A stretch of 64,000 nucleotides of DNA, taken from NCBI RefSeq assembly GCF_009914755.1, contig NC_060948.1. One strand, written 5' to 3'. The translations under genes and the position numbers were made by a program. Each line of letters begins with the position of its first letter. Position 1 is the stretch's first letter. This DNA comes from the human T2T-CHM13v2.0 reference genome, Homo sapiens. The notes below the pieces were generated by a model. That model was not told where the DNA came from. It ran no database searches and saw nothing but the letters and a program-made list of their open reading frames with translations. This document shows, piece after piece, positions 1 to 12,900 of the stretch.

Positions 1-1477
1 GTACTAAAAATATATATCTTTCTAAAAACTGGAGCTCTGTGCTGCTTATGAAACTTACATCAAACACAAGGCAAGAAACAGTTAATAAATTATGTAAATG
101 GATATACTGGGTAAATTCCATGCCCTAGCAAACACTGCATGTTTTCAGATTTAAAGCAACAATTGATACTAAAGGAAAAATTATGGTAACCTAGATAACA
201 AAACTTTCAGTAGACTAGGAGGATAATACAGTTTTAATCTACACTTCTAAAATATAGACAGCAAAAATTGTTTAAATCATAATATTCCAAGAAATTTAAA
301 AATTAATTAAATAATTTAAACAATTCAATTATTTTAATTAACTTTAAATTAATTGAAATAATTAGTTGATTCAATTAATTATATCAATGAATTACATTAT
401 AATGAAACATTTTAATACAACACTCCAAGATTATTGGTTCAGCAGAGGTTAAACTATGTAAGAAGCTATTTAAAAAACTTTATCCAATAGGCAGTTACAG
501 GATATAGTATCTAGCAATGCACATTGTTCTAAAAACTCAGAAACATTTAAAGACATACTATGCCTTAAGGCAAGTCTCAATACATTTCAAAGGTCCATGT
601 ATTATCAAGAACACATTCTGATTCCAATACAAACAATTATAAAAATATACATATTTTTAATCATGTAAATTGGAAATACATAATACAGACTTGTTAATAA
701 CATATAAAAAACAAAATTTGAAATACAGAACTAAATAATAGTTTAAAATATTAAGTATCAGTACTTTTGGAATCCTGATAAAAGAAAAGTTAGTCATAAA
801 AAAAAGGTTAACGTTTGGTGTTTCATGAAGAAATAAAAAAGGTGGCACTAATATGTGAATCATTTGTTATAGTTAGGAAAGGAAGAAACATGTACACCAA
901 AAGAAAAAAGGCATAAATAAGAAAATAATGAACGAAGAGCAGAAGTTAATCAAATAGAAAAAGAATTAGTTCTTTGAGAAGATAACGAAGCTTACAGATC
1001 TCTGACCAGATTCACTGGGGAAAGAAAGAACACATAATATTAAGACATAAAGAAAGGGTATGCTCAGCTAGGCAGCAGAAATTTAGAAATACAGCAGTAT
1101 TAGAAACATCTTTACACAAACAAATTTTAATTCTTCAGTGAAACAGAAAAGTCTCTACAAAAAAGTCAGTTACCCAAACTAGGAACTAGGAAGAACTAAG
1201 AAACTGCACTTACTGTAGCATTTTGAAAAAAAATGTGTCCACATTTAAATTATCCCTATAAAAAAGTATTAGAATCAACTGCTTTTATAGTTGGATTCTA
1301 CTACACATTCAAGGAAATAAATATTTCTGAGAAGTGAAAAAGAGAAGAAAAACAATCCTAATTAATTTTCAAATGAATAATGTCTTGTTACTACTTTCAA
1401 ACAAACAGCATAAGAATTAAAAACAAAAAAGATTAATTTTACTTCACAACAATGTGAAAACATGAGCAAAATATAAG
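1..1477 (+). mobile_element. Highly decayed ancient L1 (L1M-type) ORF2 fragments
   Basis: A-rich, with L1 ORF2-like remnants (e.g. 'aagaattagttctttgagaagataac', 'aaacatctttacacaaacaaatttt', 'gattctactacacattcaaggaa'). Confidence 0.55.
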
Positions 1478-1855
1478 CGTATTATTTTGTTTTCACACAG
1501 TTGTAAAGAAACACCTGATACTGGGTAATTTATAAAGAAAGGAGACCTAATTGGCTTATAGTTTCTCAGGCTGTGCAGGAGGCATGGCTAGGAGGTCTCA
1601 GAAAACTTAAGATTATGTGAGAGGGCCAAGGGAAAGCAAGTGTGTCTTCACATGGTGGCAGGGAAGAGAGTGTAAAGGGTGAAGTGCTGCACATTTTCAA
1701 AAAATTCCATCTCATGAGAACTCATTTGCTATCATGAGAACCTAAAGAGAAATTCTGCTCCCATGATCCAATCACCTCCAACCAGGCCCCCCTCCAAAAC
1801 ACGAGGGTTAAAATTCAGCATGAGATTGGGTTAAAACAGAGCCAAACCATATCAA
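1478..1855 (+). mobile_element. MaLR solo LTR (MST/THE1-like)
   Basis: Typical MST/THE1 blocks 'gatactgggtaatttataaagaaa', 'cccatgatccaatcacctcc' and terminal 'aaccatatca'. Strand follows the consensus as recalled. Confidence 0.8.
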
Positions 1856-2400
1856 TGAGCAAACAAATGTAAGGTTATACATCATAACCACATATCTACA
1901 CTAAATTTATTTCAAAGAGAAAGGAGGGGCTCAACTTAAGGAAATCTATTTATTTAATGCATCATACGTATATATTAAAGTAGGAAAAAGTATAATTACA
2001 TCAATGAATACAGAATAAACATCAAATAAAACAGAATAGCTATTTATAATAAGAGATTAAAGTACAAATAAAGAAAGTGTTCCTTATCAGAAAATACTAC
2101 CTTCAAAATCAGAAGAAAGACTAGAAGGCTCGCTATTACCATTTCTCTTCAACATTGTCCTGCAGATTTTTAACTTGTAATATGAGACAAATAATACTAA
2201 TAAAAATACTTTAATATATAAGAATTGGAAAGAAAGAAGTAAAATATTCCTCATCTGTAGATGACATGATTACCTACATGGAAAACTTCAAAGAACATAC
2301 AAATCATATATACTAATAAGAAAACTTAGAAATTTTTCTAGATGTAGTATTAAGATGTCAAAGTTGAAACTACCTACCTATAAGAGAAAGCCACAGGATG
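1856..2400 (+). mobile_element. Ancient L1 ORF2 (RT-region) fragment continuing after the MaLR LTR
   Basis: 'ccatttctcttcaacattgtcctg' and 'gtagatgacatgattacctac' match the degenerate L1 PLLFNIVL and DDMIVY motifs. Confidence 0.65.
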
Positions 2401-2465
2401 GCCAATTACTTGAGTGATAATGGAGGCTTTACTTCCATTGTGAGATGTGTGATATTAAAGTATAC

Positions 2466-2580
2466 ATAATGGTCCCTCAGTATCAGTGAGGGATTGTTTC
2501 AGGACATCCATGGATACCAAAATCTGCAGATTCTCAATTTCTTGGCATTAGATAATGTAGTATTTGCATATAACTAACTG
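2466..2580 (+). mobile_element. MER2-like (Tigger family) DNA transposon fragment
   Basis: 'gtccctcagtatcagtgagggattgtttcaggac...ggataccaaaatctgcagattctcaa...gtagtatttgcatataac' resembles the MER2 terminus. Confidence 0.7.
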
Positions 2581-2589
2581 TCTAGCTCT

Positions 2590-4753
2590 TAAAGAAGGTA
2601 GCCATGATTCACTGCAGTAGGCACTAAAAAGAAGGCCCTTCTATTATCAAAGGAAATTCTCTGGGAAAGAAAACGGCTGAGGCCACATCTAAAGAGGTAA
2701 CATTGTTACAGGCCACTGGCTAATGTCAGATACTGCACCCATGTTGGGAACACCACACTGTACCCACGAAAAAATTCAATCGGCAGAACAGAAAGGCTTA
2801 CAAAAGAATCCCTCAGGATGGTTGCTAGAATGCAACAAAACTCTTTCTCCCTGAGGCAATGCAATGAAAAAGAGTTAATCTTTTATATGACTCCTCACTT
2901 TTGGGACAGGTCTCAATATACAAGTTATTTTCTCAAATCATTTAAGGAAAGAATCTATTCCAGACTATAAAGAGGACGGCCAGGGCCTATGATCTTTGTG
3001 ACCGTAACAATCCAGGAAGCTACTCCACACTCCTTCCTCTACTCAAACCTTTACAACATTGAGGGGCATACACTGGAAAGCCTGTCAAATAGAATTTTTT
3101 GTTTGTTTGTTTGTTTTTGACAAGGAGTCTCACTCTGTCGCTAAGCTGGAGTACAGGGGCACGATCTCTGTACACTGCAACCTCCACTTCACAGGTTCAG
3201 GAGATTCTCCTGCCTCACTCTCCCAAGTAGCTGGTATTACAAGCACGTGCCATCGTGCCCAGCTAATTTTGTATTTTTAGTAGAGATGGGCTTTTGCTGT
3301 GTTGGCCAGGATGACCTCAATCTCCTGACCTCGTTATCCACCCACCTTGGCCTCTCAAAGTGCTGGGATTACAGGTGTGAGCCACCAAGCCCAGTCAGCA
3401 AATAGGGTTTTATCAGATACAACCATACAGGTGAAGGAAACATTTGCCTGTTTTTATAGACACCTTCACCAAGTGAATTGAGGCTTTTCCCACAAGGACA
3501 GAGAAGGCATTATGAGTGTCCAAATTTTTACTTAATAAGATCAACTGTAAAGTTTCAATTACCTGAAAGTCTGCAGAGCGATAATGGAACTACCTTCACA
3601 GTTAGAGTGACCCAATAGATTGCATTCAGCTTTAGACGTTACCTATCACCTTCACTCCCCATGGAGTACTCAATCCTCAGGTAAAATAGAAAAATCTAAT
3701 CATGTTTTGAAAAGACATTAGCTAAGTCATGTCAGGAGACCTCAGAGACCCAGGTTCCTCTCTTAGCCATAGTCTTTATACACATAGGAATGACCCTTAA
3801 AATACTTCCCAAAAAATCCACTTGAGGCGAGTTATGTGAGGCCATGTTTAGCTTGGGGTCTCCTGCTTAATAAAGAGATACATAGTTAACTCATAAGTTG
3901 ACACATATTGTCAACTTAAGCCAGGTTAGAAAACTCCTCCAAGCCTATGGACAAAAAGTATTGTCCCCTCTCACAACACAATTAACTGGCCTCCTATTCA
4001 ATCATGAAACTTTGTAAACATTTTGAAAGAAGCATCCCCTGAGAATCAATTACAACCAAAACAGAAGGGCCCCTATCAGGTGTTGTTGACTATCCCAGTC
4101 CTTTTAAACTTTAGGGCATACCTAGTTGGATACAATTGTCCAGGATTAAACCTGTTTCTTATAAGTTGCAGGCACAAATGGAGGACACTGTAACCTAAAT
4201 CTAAATTTTTGGAAGATCGCCACTACCTACTTAAAAGTATCAACAGTCATTCATCCAGAATTGGCAACATAATGCTGCCAGTGGGAATAGAGGGTCTTCC
4301 TACTAGGGAAGACTGAGAAAAACACAATTGAGCTCCTGAATTTTCTAGAAGAGGAAGGGTATCATTGTCAGTTTCACAATTTTCTGTGAAGAAGGGTATT
4401 TCTCTCTTTTTCCACCTTTTTAAAATCTATCTTAGGACCCTTGACAGCTGTATTGTTACTAATTTATTTACTTGTTTGTTTAGCCTCATAGTAAGGTTTG
4501 TATCTTGTAGATTACTATATTTCCAGGTGAAAACAACGCTGGCTTAAGGCTTTTGAGTTATCTTATGTACTGACCTGGAGAATTATAATGTTGTTTCTCC
4601 CCTTTAGCTCATGCATCCAGAGAAATTTACTTCTCTAGTGCTAGGCAAGGCCAATGCTCATGACTCAGCAGGAAGCAGTTACAGTGCATGGACCTCCTCC
4701 CTCCTGCAGCCCCCTTAAGATTAAGGGAAAGTAGTTAATGTCTGAGTGGAGAA
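2590..4753 (+). mobile_element. Decayed ERV1 internal region (integrase and 3' remnants)
   Basis: Translated remnants VFIDTFTK*IEAFPTRTEKA (~3450), PESLQSDNGTTFT (~3562) and QSSGKIEKSN (~3672) are gammaretroviral integrase motifs. A purine-rich tract precedes the LTR at 4754. Confidence 0.75.
3095..3398 (-). mobile_element. Alu (AluS-like) inserted in ERV1 pol
   Basis: Full reverse Alu dimer with a (TTTG)n tail; flanked by 'caaatag' on both sides. Confidence 0.9.
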
Positions 4754-5116
4754 TGAGGTTGAAGGTGGGACTCAACTCCAGGGGTAGGGCTCACATAGGA
4801 TCCAGATTGAGGACTAACTAAAACAGGGACTAGGCAGAAGGAGTTTTCAACCAGACATGCCCACCAGTCTGCCGTGTCATTTTACCATTGCCGCTACAAC
4901 ACACAGGAGGTACCACCCTTCTATGGCAATGATCCAATGATTACCACCCCTTCCCTATAAATTTCTGCACTTCTGCAATAATCCATGCATTTAAAAGCAA
5001 ATATAAATATGACTGCAAAATATCCCTGACCTGTTCCTCTCTTGCTATGGTGTAACCCTGTTCTGAAAGACGAGTCACAGAGCTGTAACACTGCAAGAGC
5101 TGTAATTCTGTCTCAT
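4754..5116 (+). mobile_element. ERV1 (MER4-group, MER66/MER41-like) 3' LTR, 5' part
   Basis: Starts TGAGG after the purine tract; contains 'ttgaggactaactaaaacaggg' and 'tttaccattgcc'. Interrupted at 5116 by HERV9. Confidence 0.7.
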
Positions 5117-5909
5117 TGTGTCCGGAATTGGTAGGTTCTTGGTCTTGCTGACTTCAAGAATGAAGCCGCGAACCCTCACGATGAGTGTTACGGTTCTTAA
5201 AGATGGTGTGTCTGGAGTTTTTTCCTTCAGATGTTCAGATGTGTCTGGAGTTTCTTCCTTCTGGTGGGTTCATGGTCTCACTGGCCTCAGGAGTGAAGCT
5301 GCAGACCTTCGTGGTGCTCATACAAGTGGCACAGACACTAAGAGTGAGCAACAGCAAGACTTATTGTGAAGAGTGAAAAAACAAAGCTCCCACAGAATGG
5401 AAGGGGACCCGAGCAGGCTTCCACTGCTGGCTCAGGTGGCCTGCTTTTATTCCCTTATCTGGACCCACCCACATCCTACTGATTGGTCCATTTTACAGAC
5501 ATCTGGTTGGTCCATTTTACAGAGAGCTGATTGGTCCATTTTGACAGCCTGCTGATTGGTGCGTTTACAATCCTTTAGCTAGACACAGAGTGCTGATTGG
5601 TGTGTTTACAATCCTTTAGCTAGACAGAAAAGTTCTCCAAGTCCCCACCAGATTAGCTAGACACAGAGCGCTGATTGATGTGTTTACAAACCTTTAGCTA
5701 GATACAGAGCACTGATTGGTGCATTTACAATCCTTTAGCTAGACAGGAGGCCAGCAGAAGGAGCCAGTCCCAGCCTCAACCAGCCCCAGAGAGGGGCCCC
5801 CACAGGGCAGTGGCCAGTTGAAAGGCTCCTCAAGCAGAGCCAGAGCGGATGCTGAGGTGAAGGAAGCACCAAGAGCGAGCGAGGGCTGCTAGTATGTTGT
5901 CACTTCTCA
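5117..5909 (-). mobile_element. LTR12 3' LTR (793 bp, internally deleted)
   Basis: Ends 'tgtgtccggaattgg' and 'gtcacttctca'; ~41-bp CCAAT-containing tandem repeats; adjacent PPT 'atcccccctct' (AGAGGGGGGAT on minus). Confidence 0.92.
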
Positions 5910-6100
5910 ATCCCCCCTCTAAACAGGACACCCCAACTGCTGTTGGGAATTTGGCCAATGACCACTCTAGCTACTCACTGCTGGATAGAGGTGAAGAAAG
6001 GGCCCTTCAGTTGTAGTGTCCTCCAGAGGGGAACGCTTTAGGCCAGTGGAAGGGCCAGCGTGTTGGTCCAGGGGTCCTCAGTAGAAGTTGTTAGTTGAGC

Positions 6101-7769
6101 TCATTTGGGTTTCCATTTGTAAGACCATCTGTAGCTTCTTGGCCTCAATTCCAAGGAAACAAATTTGAGAAGCAGGTTAAAAATACAGGGTCCAAAGGCG
6201 AGTAAAAGCAAGATGGCTGCCACAGGACCTAGAAAGCGGAGAAGCCATGTTGCCCAACTAGAGAGGTTGGTATGAGTTTGAAAGGCATTGTCTGATTTCA
6301 GAAACCATTTCCTATAAATGCTGGGTGGCATCTCGTACTATCCCTGATGGCTTAGTGTAAAAACAACACTCTTCCCCTAAGAAGGTGCAGAGTCCTCCTT
6401 TCTCAGCAGTGAGGAGGTCTAGGCTTCAGCGGTTTTGGAGAGTCACTGCAGCTAAAGAGTCTATTTGGGATTGCAGAGTAAGGATAGGTTCGTTATTTCT
6501 TACAAACCGCCTGAGAAATCCTTTGAGAGTATGTGGTAGTAGGATAATGAAGTAGATATACTGGCTCTTCTGGTTCCTGTAGCAGTAGCCATTCCTAACC
6601 CTATAAGTAGGTGGTATTTGTTGTATGGCCCTGTGCTGATGGACTTGAGCTTTGAGGGGTACTGATAAGTTTTGATTTCCTGGGGCAATGTTAATGTTGG
6701 AAGTTAGAAAGACTAAGTGCAGCTGTCTGTCCACTTAGTGGGGAGGCAGATATAGGTCGATGTTCCACATAAGAAGAATATACCTTGGCTGGGTAGACAG
6801 AACTGGTTGTGTATGTTAAAAAGGTGTGTGAATTTGTTGTTTTCTTTTTCCCATACTCCTAGAGTACTTGCCAAGGTAGCTCCAGTGACTGGCTGGCAAG
6901 GGGTGTTGGGAGAAAACTGAATGGCTCCCTGTGTTCTATTTTCCCATTGGAGAAAAAAACGTTTTGTATCCACTAGGAACAATTTGAGAGAGTGATTGAA
7001 AGAGGGGATGAGAAGGCATTCACTAGTGGTGGGGGCACTGCTGCAGGGGGCCCAGGGGTGAATGATCATGCAGGGAGTATGTTTGCCATTACAAGACCTG
7101 GACCGTTTGTTAAGCAGGGAGGCAGTGATGATTTTGGGGCCCTGAGAAGCAGACAAGCTGTCTGAATGGAGCTGTTTGGGTTACTATGATCAGTTGGGGC
7201 TTGAAGTTGTAGGGTGTAATTACACTGATGGGGTAGTAGGTGCCCCAGGGGCAGGCTCATAAGAGGTTGCATTGGCTGCATAAAGGAGCTTGGAAAGTTA
7301 AGATAGTATTCATAGCTACAGGGCCATGTATGGGCTTTTCATTGCTTGCATAATAGGTGTGGTTGGAAATCTAAGAACGTAAAAGTTGGATTGCACATCC
7401 TGTTAGGGTATTCTTGATCCTATCAGAGATGGGGAAGTTGGCTAACGATTGCATATTTAGAAGTCAGAAAGGGTCTTTTCCTTCATAACAAGGGTGGTAG
7501 GTTAAGTTGGTAAAGATGCAATTTTTGGCAGGAATGGGAGTGGCAACATAAGAAGAGGTTGATAGGGAGACACAAAGCCAACAGTCATTTGCCAGGGAAG
7601 GACTGGACTGGTTTAACAGAGACTGGGTTAAGTTGAGAGTCTTGTAGAGGAAATTAGGAAAAAGTGGAAGGGGAGGGGTGATTATATGAGGTATCCAAGG
7701 AAGCAGGAGGGATGCATAGGCAAAGAGCAAATAGGAAGGTAAAGAGGATGCTCTGGAAGAAGAGATCAT
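6101..7769 (-). pseudogene. env: HERV9 env remnant (stops/frameshifts)
   Basis: ORF pieces: signal peptide (7464-7769), SU (6713-7156), RAIQ cleavage remnant and ISD LAAVTLQNR (6426-6734), [20 protein letters not shown] downstream, and TM anchor FLGPVAAILLLLAFGPCIFN (6101-6331). Confidence 0.9.
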
Positions 7770-7909
7770 TTTCTCGAGTCTGAGTTAAAGGTAGGAGTAA
7801 ATTGCTGTTAAAAGAAGAAAGATGGAAGGTTGATGTGATTAGCATTTTCGTACTGGCAGGAGCTAGAGTATATAATCCTATCACAAAGAGTATGGTTAGT
7901 GTGTTGTTT

Positions 7910-10900
7910 TCACTTATCTTTTTTAAGCAGGAAGGAGTTTTTCCTCAGGATCAGTGGTAGGAGCCTTTTTAGTGTGGGATGTTTCCTTCTGAAATAGAAG
8001 ATGCAAGTCCTCCAATGGTTCACAGGTGTATCGAGGCTGGTCTGGCTGATCTTGGGACTCCTGAGCTGACGGTTCCACAGGTTCCTCAGGGGACGTCCAA
8101 AGTTTAACTCAGGTGTGGTAATCCAAGTTTCCATTCCTGCCACCTTAATCGCAGTGAGAGTAGAGAGGATTACCGAGTATGGTCCTTCCCACAAAGAGTT
8201 GAAACAACTCTGTTCCCTTTTCTCTGTGACATCCTTCAGGTAGGTTTTTAAGGTTTTGTTGATATTTTGACAAAGAAGTTATATCTTTGACCAAGTAGGC
8301 CATTTCCTGATCCAGTAGGGGGTCTTTTGTGAGAAAAGATCGTCCATACAGCATTTCATATGGACTGAGCCCCATTTTGTGAGGAGAATTTCGGATTCTC
8401 AACAAGGCAATGGTCAAAATAGCTAGGCCATGGGAGATGTGTTTCTTGTGTTAGTTTCCTTAAGTGTCTCTTAAGTGTTTCATTTGCCTTCTTGACCTTC
8501 CCTGAGGATTGTGGCCTCCAGGCACAGTGAAGGTGATATTGTATCGCTAGCACCCTGGAAATTCCTTGAGTTATCGCAGCCTTAAAAGCCAGACAATTTT
8601 CACTCTGTAAGCTTTGGGGAAGCCCAAATATAGAAATTATTTCATGAATTAGGAGTTTAATCACTTCCTAAACCTTCTCTGTCTTGCAGGGGAAAGCTTC
8701 TATCCAATCTGTAAAGGCATCAACACAGACCAACAAGTATTGAAATCCCTTTGACTTAGGCATATGGGTGAAATCTAACTGCCAGTCCTTTCCAGAATAG
8801 TGACCTATTCTTTGCTCTCCCAAAGGGGTCTTACTATGGATGAAGGGATTATTCCTTTGGCACACCTAACAGGCTTTGACTACCTGTTGGATGGTTTGGA
8901 GAAGATTTGGCCCTGTAAATAGGGATTTGGCCATTTGATGAGTGTTTTCAATACCCATATGTAAAGTTTGGTGGAGGGTTTTACGTATTTTCCACTGGCT
9001 GGCTTTGGGTATAAGTACCTTTCCTTCTTCTGTAGCCAACCTGAGGGGAGAAAACTATGCCCCCATGAAATTCCCCACTCTGCTTCAGGTGGGGAATACT
9101 GAGGCTTAATCTCTTGGTGGGGGTTTGTTCCATACTAAGGGTCCTTCCATAGGTATTTCTAAAGGGGGATTCTGCCTGGCAGGAATTTTGGCCTCAGAAT
9201 CAAACCAACAGTTTCCTTCTGACTTTTCTCCTTCACCTTTCTGATGGTTTTGGCAGTGTAAGACTGCCACCTCTTTGGGTTTTTCCACTGCATGCAATAA
9301 CTGTATAATTTCCTTGTGGTATTTAATGGGGGTCCTCACAGAGGTTAGGAACTCCCTTTCTTTCCATATTGCAGCATGGGCATGTAGGATTAGATAACCG
9401 TACTTGCTATCTGTGTACACATTTACTCTTTTTCTTTTTCCCAGTTCTAAGGCTTGGGTAAGTGTCATTAGTTCTGCTAACTGGGCACTGGACCCTGCAG
9501 AAACAGGCTTACTTTCAAGTAAGGTTAGTTCACTAACTATAGCATAACCTGCCCTTCATATCCTGTTCTTCACTAATGAACTTCGATCGGTACATAGGTT
9601 AAGGTCAGGATTAGCTAAGGGGACTTCTAAGAGATCATCTCAGGTGGCATAAGTCTGGACTATAATTTGTTGGCAGTCATACTCGATGGAGTCCCCATCC
9701 TCTGGGATAAAAGTGGCAGGGTTGAGGGCCACACACATATGTATTTGAAGAACTGGTCCCTCAAAGAGTAGCACCTGATGTCTAAGTAGGCAGTTTCCTT
9801 ATAGCCATACACTTCCTTTGGTACCTAGTATGCCATTTACATCATAAGCAGTACAGACAGTGAGATTCTTTCCTTGTATTATTTTGATAGCCTCTGACAC
9901 TAAGACCACCACCACTGCAACTACTCATAAACAGTGAGGCCAGCCTTTTGCTACTTCATCAATTACCTTACTTAGATATGCCACTGGTTGTGGGGTTGTC
10001 CCACGAGTCTGAGTAAGGACTCCAAGAGTGATCCCTGCTCTCAGTGATGTATAAAGAGCAGTTTTATCCTTTGGAAAGGCTTAAAGCTGGAGCTTGTACT
10101 AGGGCCTGCTTTAAGGTTTTGAAGACTATTTCTGCCTCTTGTTCCCATTCTACTAGATGAGCATTTGCTCTCTGGGTCTCCTTGACTAGAGTATAGAGGG
10201 GCCAGGCTAACTTGCCGTTTCTGGGGATCCATAGTCAGCAAAAGCCAGTGACTCTAAGGAACCCTCATAACAGTTCTAAGGTCTTAGGGTGAGGATGAGC
10301 CAGTATAGGCTGTCTTCATTCCTTGCTGAGGGCCCTGGTCCCTCTGGCTAAGACTAGGCCTAGATATTTGACCTGCTGTAGGCAAAGCTGGGCCTTTGAC
10401 CTAGACACTTTGTATCCTTGATTAGCTAGAAATTTCAAGAGATCTAGAGTAGCCTGCTGGTATGAGGCTTCTGAAATGGTAGCCAAAAATAAATCATCCA
10501 CATACTGAAGGACCAGAGTGCCTGGACTTGAGAAGTGGCCTAGATCTTGGGCCAGTGCCTGATCAAACAGATGAGGGCTATCTTTAAATCCTTGGGTCTA
10601 GACTGTCCATGTAAGTTGGAATGTGTGATCTTGCAGGATCCTCAAAGGCAAAGAGAAACTGCGAGTCAGAGTGCAGGGGAATACAGAAGAAGGCATCCTT
10701 GAGGTCCAGAACAATGAACCATTCTGCTTCTTCTGGTATTTGACAGAGCAGGGTATAGGGTTTGGGTACAACCGGATATAGAGGAATTAGTGCCTCATTG
10801 ATGAGTTTAAGATCTTGCACTAATCTTCACTGACCATTTGGTTTTTGTATTCCTAGAACTGGGGTGTTGTAGGGACTGCTGCATTTCCTTACTAAGCCTT

Positions 10901-11420
10901 CAGCTTCTAAATGTTTAACAATATCCTGTAATCCTTTATGAGCTTCAGGCCTTAAGGGATATTGCCTTTGACAAGGAAAAGTGGTGGGATCTTTTAGCCT
11001 GATTTGGACTGGGTGAACATATTTTGCCCTTCGAAATTGTCCTTCCAATGCCCAGACTTCAGGGTTGATTCCCTCCTCAAGTAGGGGACAACAAATGAGT
11101 AATTTACTCCCCATATTCATGTAGATAATGGCTCCAGCTTTGGCTAATATATCCCTCCCTAGTAAGGGTGCAGAACTTTCAGGCATAACAAGAAAGGCAT
11201 GTGAAAAGAGCAGCCTCCCAATTACAATTAAGGAGGTGGGAGAAATACCTGGTTACAGGATGTCCCAGGATTCCTTGGATGGTAACGGACCTTGAGCACA
11301 GTCATCCAGGACAGCAGATTACCACTGAGAAGGCTGCACCAGTGTCCAGAAGGAAGTCAATTTCCTGGCCACCAATGGTTAAGCATATCCAGGGCTCAGT
11401 GAGGGTCGCAACGTGAGCTG
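7910..11420 (-). pseudogene. pol: HERV9 pro-pol remnant (protease, RT, RNase H, integrase), fragmented
   Basis: PLLGRDILAK, QYPLRPEA, LDLKDAFF, QYVDDL (~10500), VYTDSKY (RNase H), WQLDFTHMP, WRPQSSGKV and WEGPY across many short ORFs. Confidence 0.93.
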
Positions 11421-12900
11421 ACACTTGCCCAGGGCACCCTCATTCCTGTTGTTGGATTATCTGGTTGGGGGCCTCTGACCTAAAGAACCTTTGTCCTCTG
11501 GGGCAGTGCACCTTCCAGTGATTGTCTCAGCATAGCGGACATGGATTACGGGGTGGCTTGTTCCTCATTGGACAATCTTTTTTAAAGTGTCCTTGTAAAC
11601 CACACTGATAACAACCGCTACCAGGTGATTGGCCTGCTCCATTTTCTGTCCTCTCTGAACCAGCAAGGTTTGTCTGTCTGAGGTCCATGACTAAGGCTGC
11701 GGCCTTTCTCTGATCCTGCTTTTCCTTTTGGGCCTGTTCCTCTTAGTCGTTATTATAGAACATGGAGGTTGCCAGGTTTAATAATGCCTCTAGATTTTGT
11801 TCAGGGCCAAGGGCTTGCTTTTGCAGCCTTCTCCTGATATCTGTGGCTGATTGGGTAATAAACTTATCTTTTAGAATCAATTGACCCTCAAGTGATTCGG
11901 GTGACAGGGGAGTATATTTTCATAAGGCCTCCCATAGCCACTCAAGGAAGGCAGAAGGATTTTCTTCCTTTCCCTGAGTTATGGTGGACATCATTGAATA
12001 ATTCATGAGATTTTTCCTAATTCTCCTTAGTCCTTCTAGAACACAGGTCAACAGATGTTTACGACTCCAGTCCCCCTGATCTGAGTCAAGATACCAGTGG
12101 GGATCCATACTGGGGATGGCTTGCTGACTGGTAGGGATTTTTTCCCTTTCTTCAGCTGTCATTCTATCACTTACTTGGCTAAGATACCAGGTATCTCCAA
12201 ACTCGGGCTGCTGCTAAAGACACATTCTTTTCATTAAAGGCCAGGCTTTTGCCTAACAGTAGCATAACATCTCTCCAAGCGAGGTCAAAGGTTTGCCCTA
12301 GACTCTGTAGGACATCTATGTACTTATCGGGATCATCTGAAAACTTCCCCAGGTCTGCCTTGGTCTGCTTTAAGTCAGAGAGGGAGAAGGGTACATGTAT
12401 CTGAGTTGGACCAAATTCCCCTTCCCCTAGAGCTTGTAGGGGGCATAACTGATAGTCTGGAGGGTTTGGGGTCCTTTGGAGATTTCTTTGCTTATTTCCT
12501 TCTGGGCAGGGGAGATAAGAGGAGGCTTATCATTAATAAGAAGGGGAGCTGTAGGGAGGCTAGGATATGGGGGTAAGCTGAAATGTCCTCCTGTGGGGTG
12601 TAAATTGCAAACTTTGCATAGTTGTGTATTCTCCTTCAATGAAAAGAAAGCTTGGACATAAGGCATTTCACTCCATTTGCCTTCCCTCTTACAAAAGAGG
12701 TCAAGCTGTAGGATAGTATTGTCATTTGTACTTCCCTCAGGTGGCCATTTTTCCCCATCAGAGGGAGAATATTGGGGCAAGCCAAAGTGCAGAAAAAAAT
12801 GAGCCACCTACTTTTCAGGATTGGTGTGTCAAATTGGTACCATTGGCTTAGGATGCATTTCAAGGGTGAACCTCTTGATGCCGGAGTGTTTTCCATCTGA
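11421..12900 (-). pseudogene. gag: HERV9 gag remnant
   Basis: Matrix motif WPPEGS...[16 protein letters not shown] (12427-12807), capsid/MHR ITQGKEENPSAFLE (11920-12162), CCHC remnants near 11520-11610. Confidence 0.88.

Noticed and set aside
7910-12900. Replication-competent HERV9 gag/pol
   Set aside because: Fragmented into many ORFs of less than ~135 aa by stops and frameshifts.
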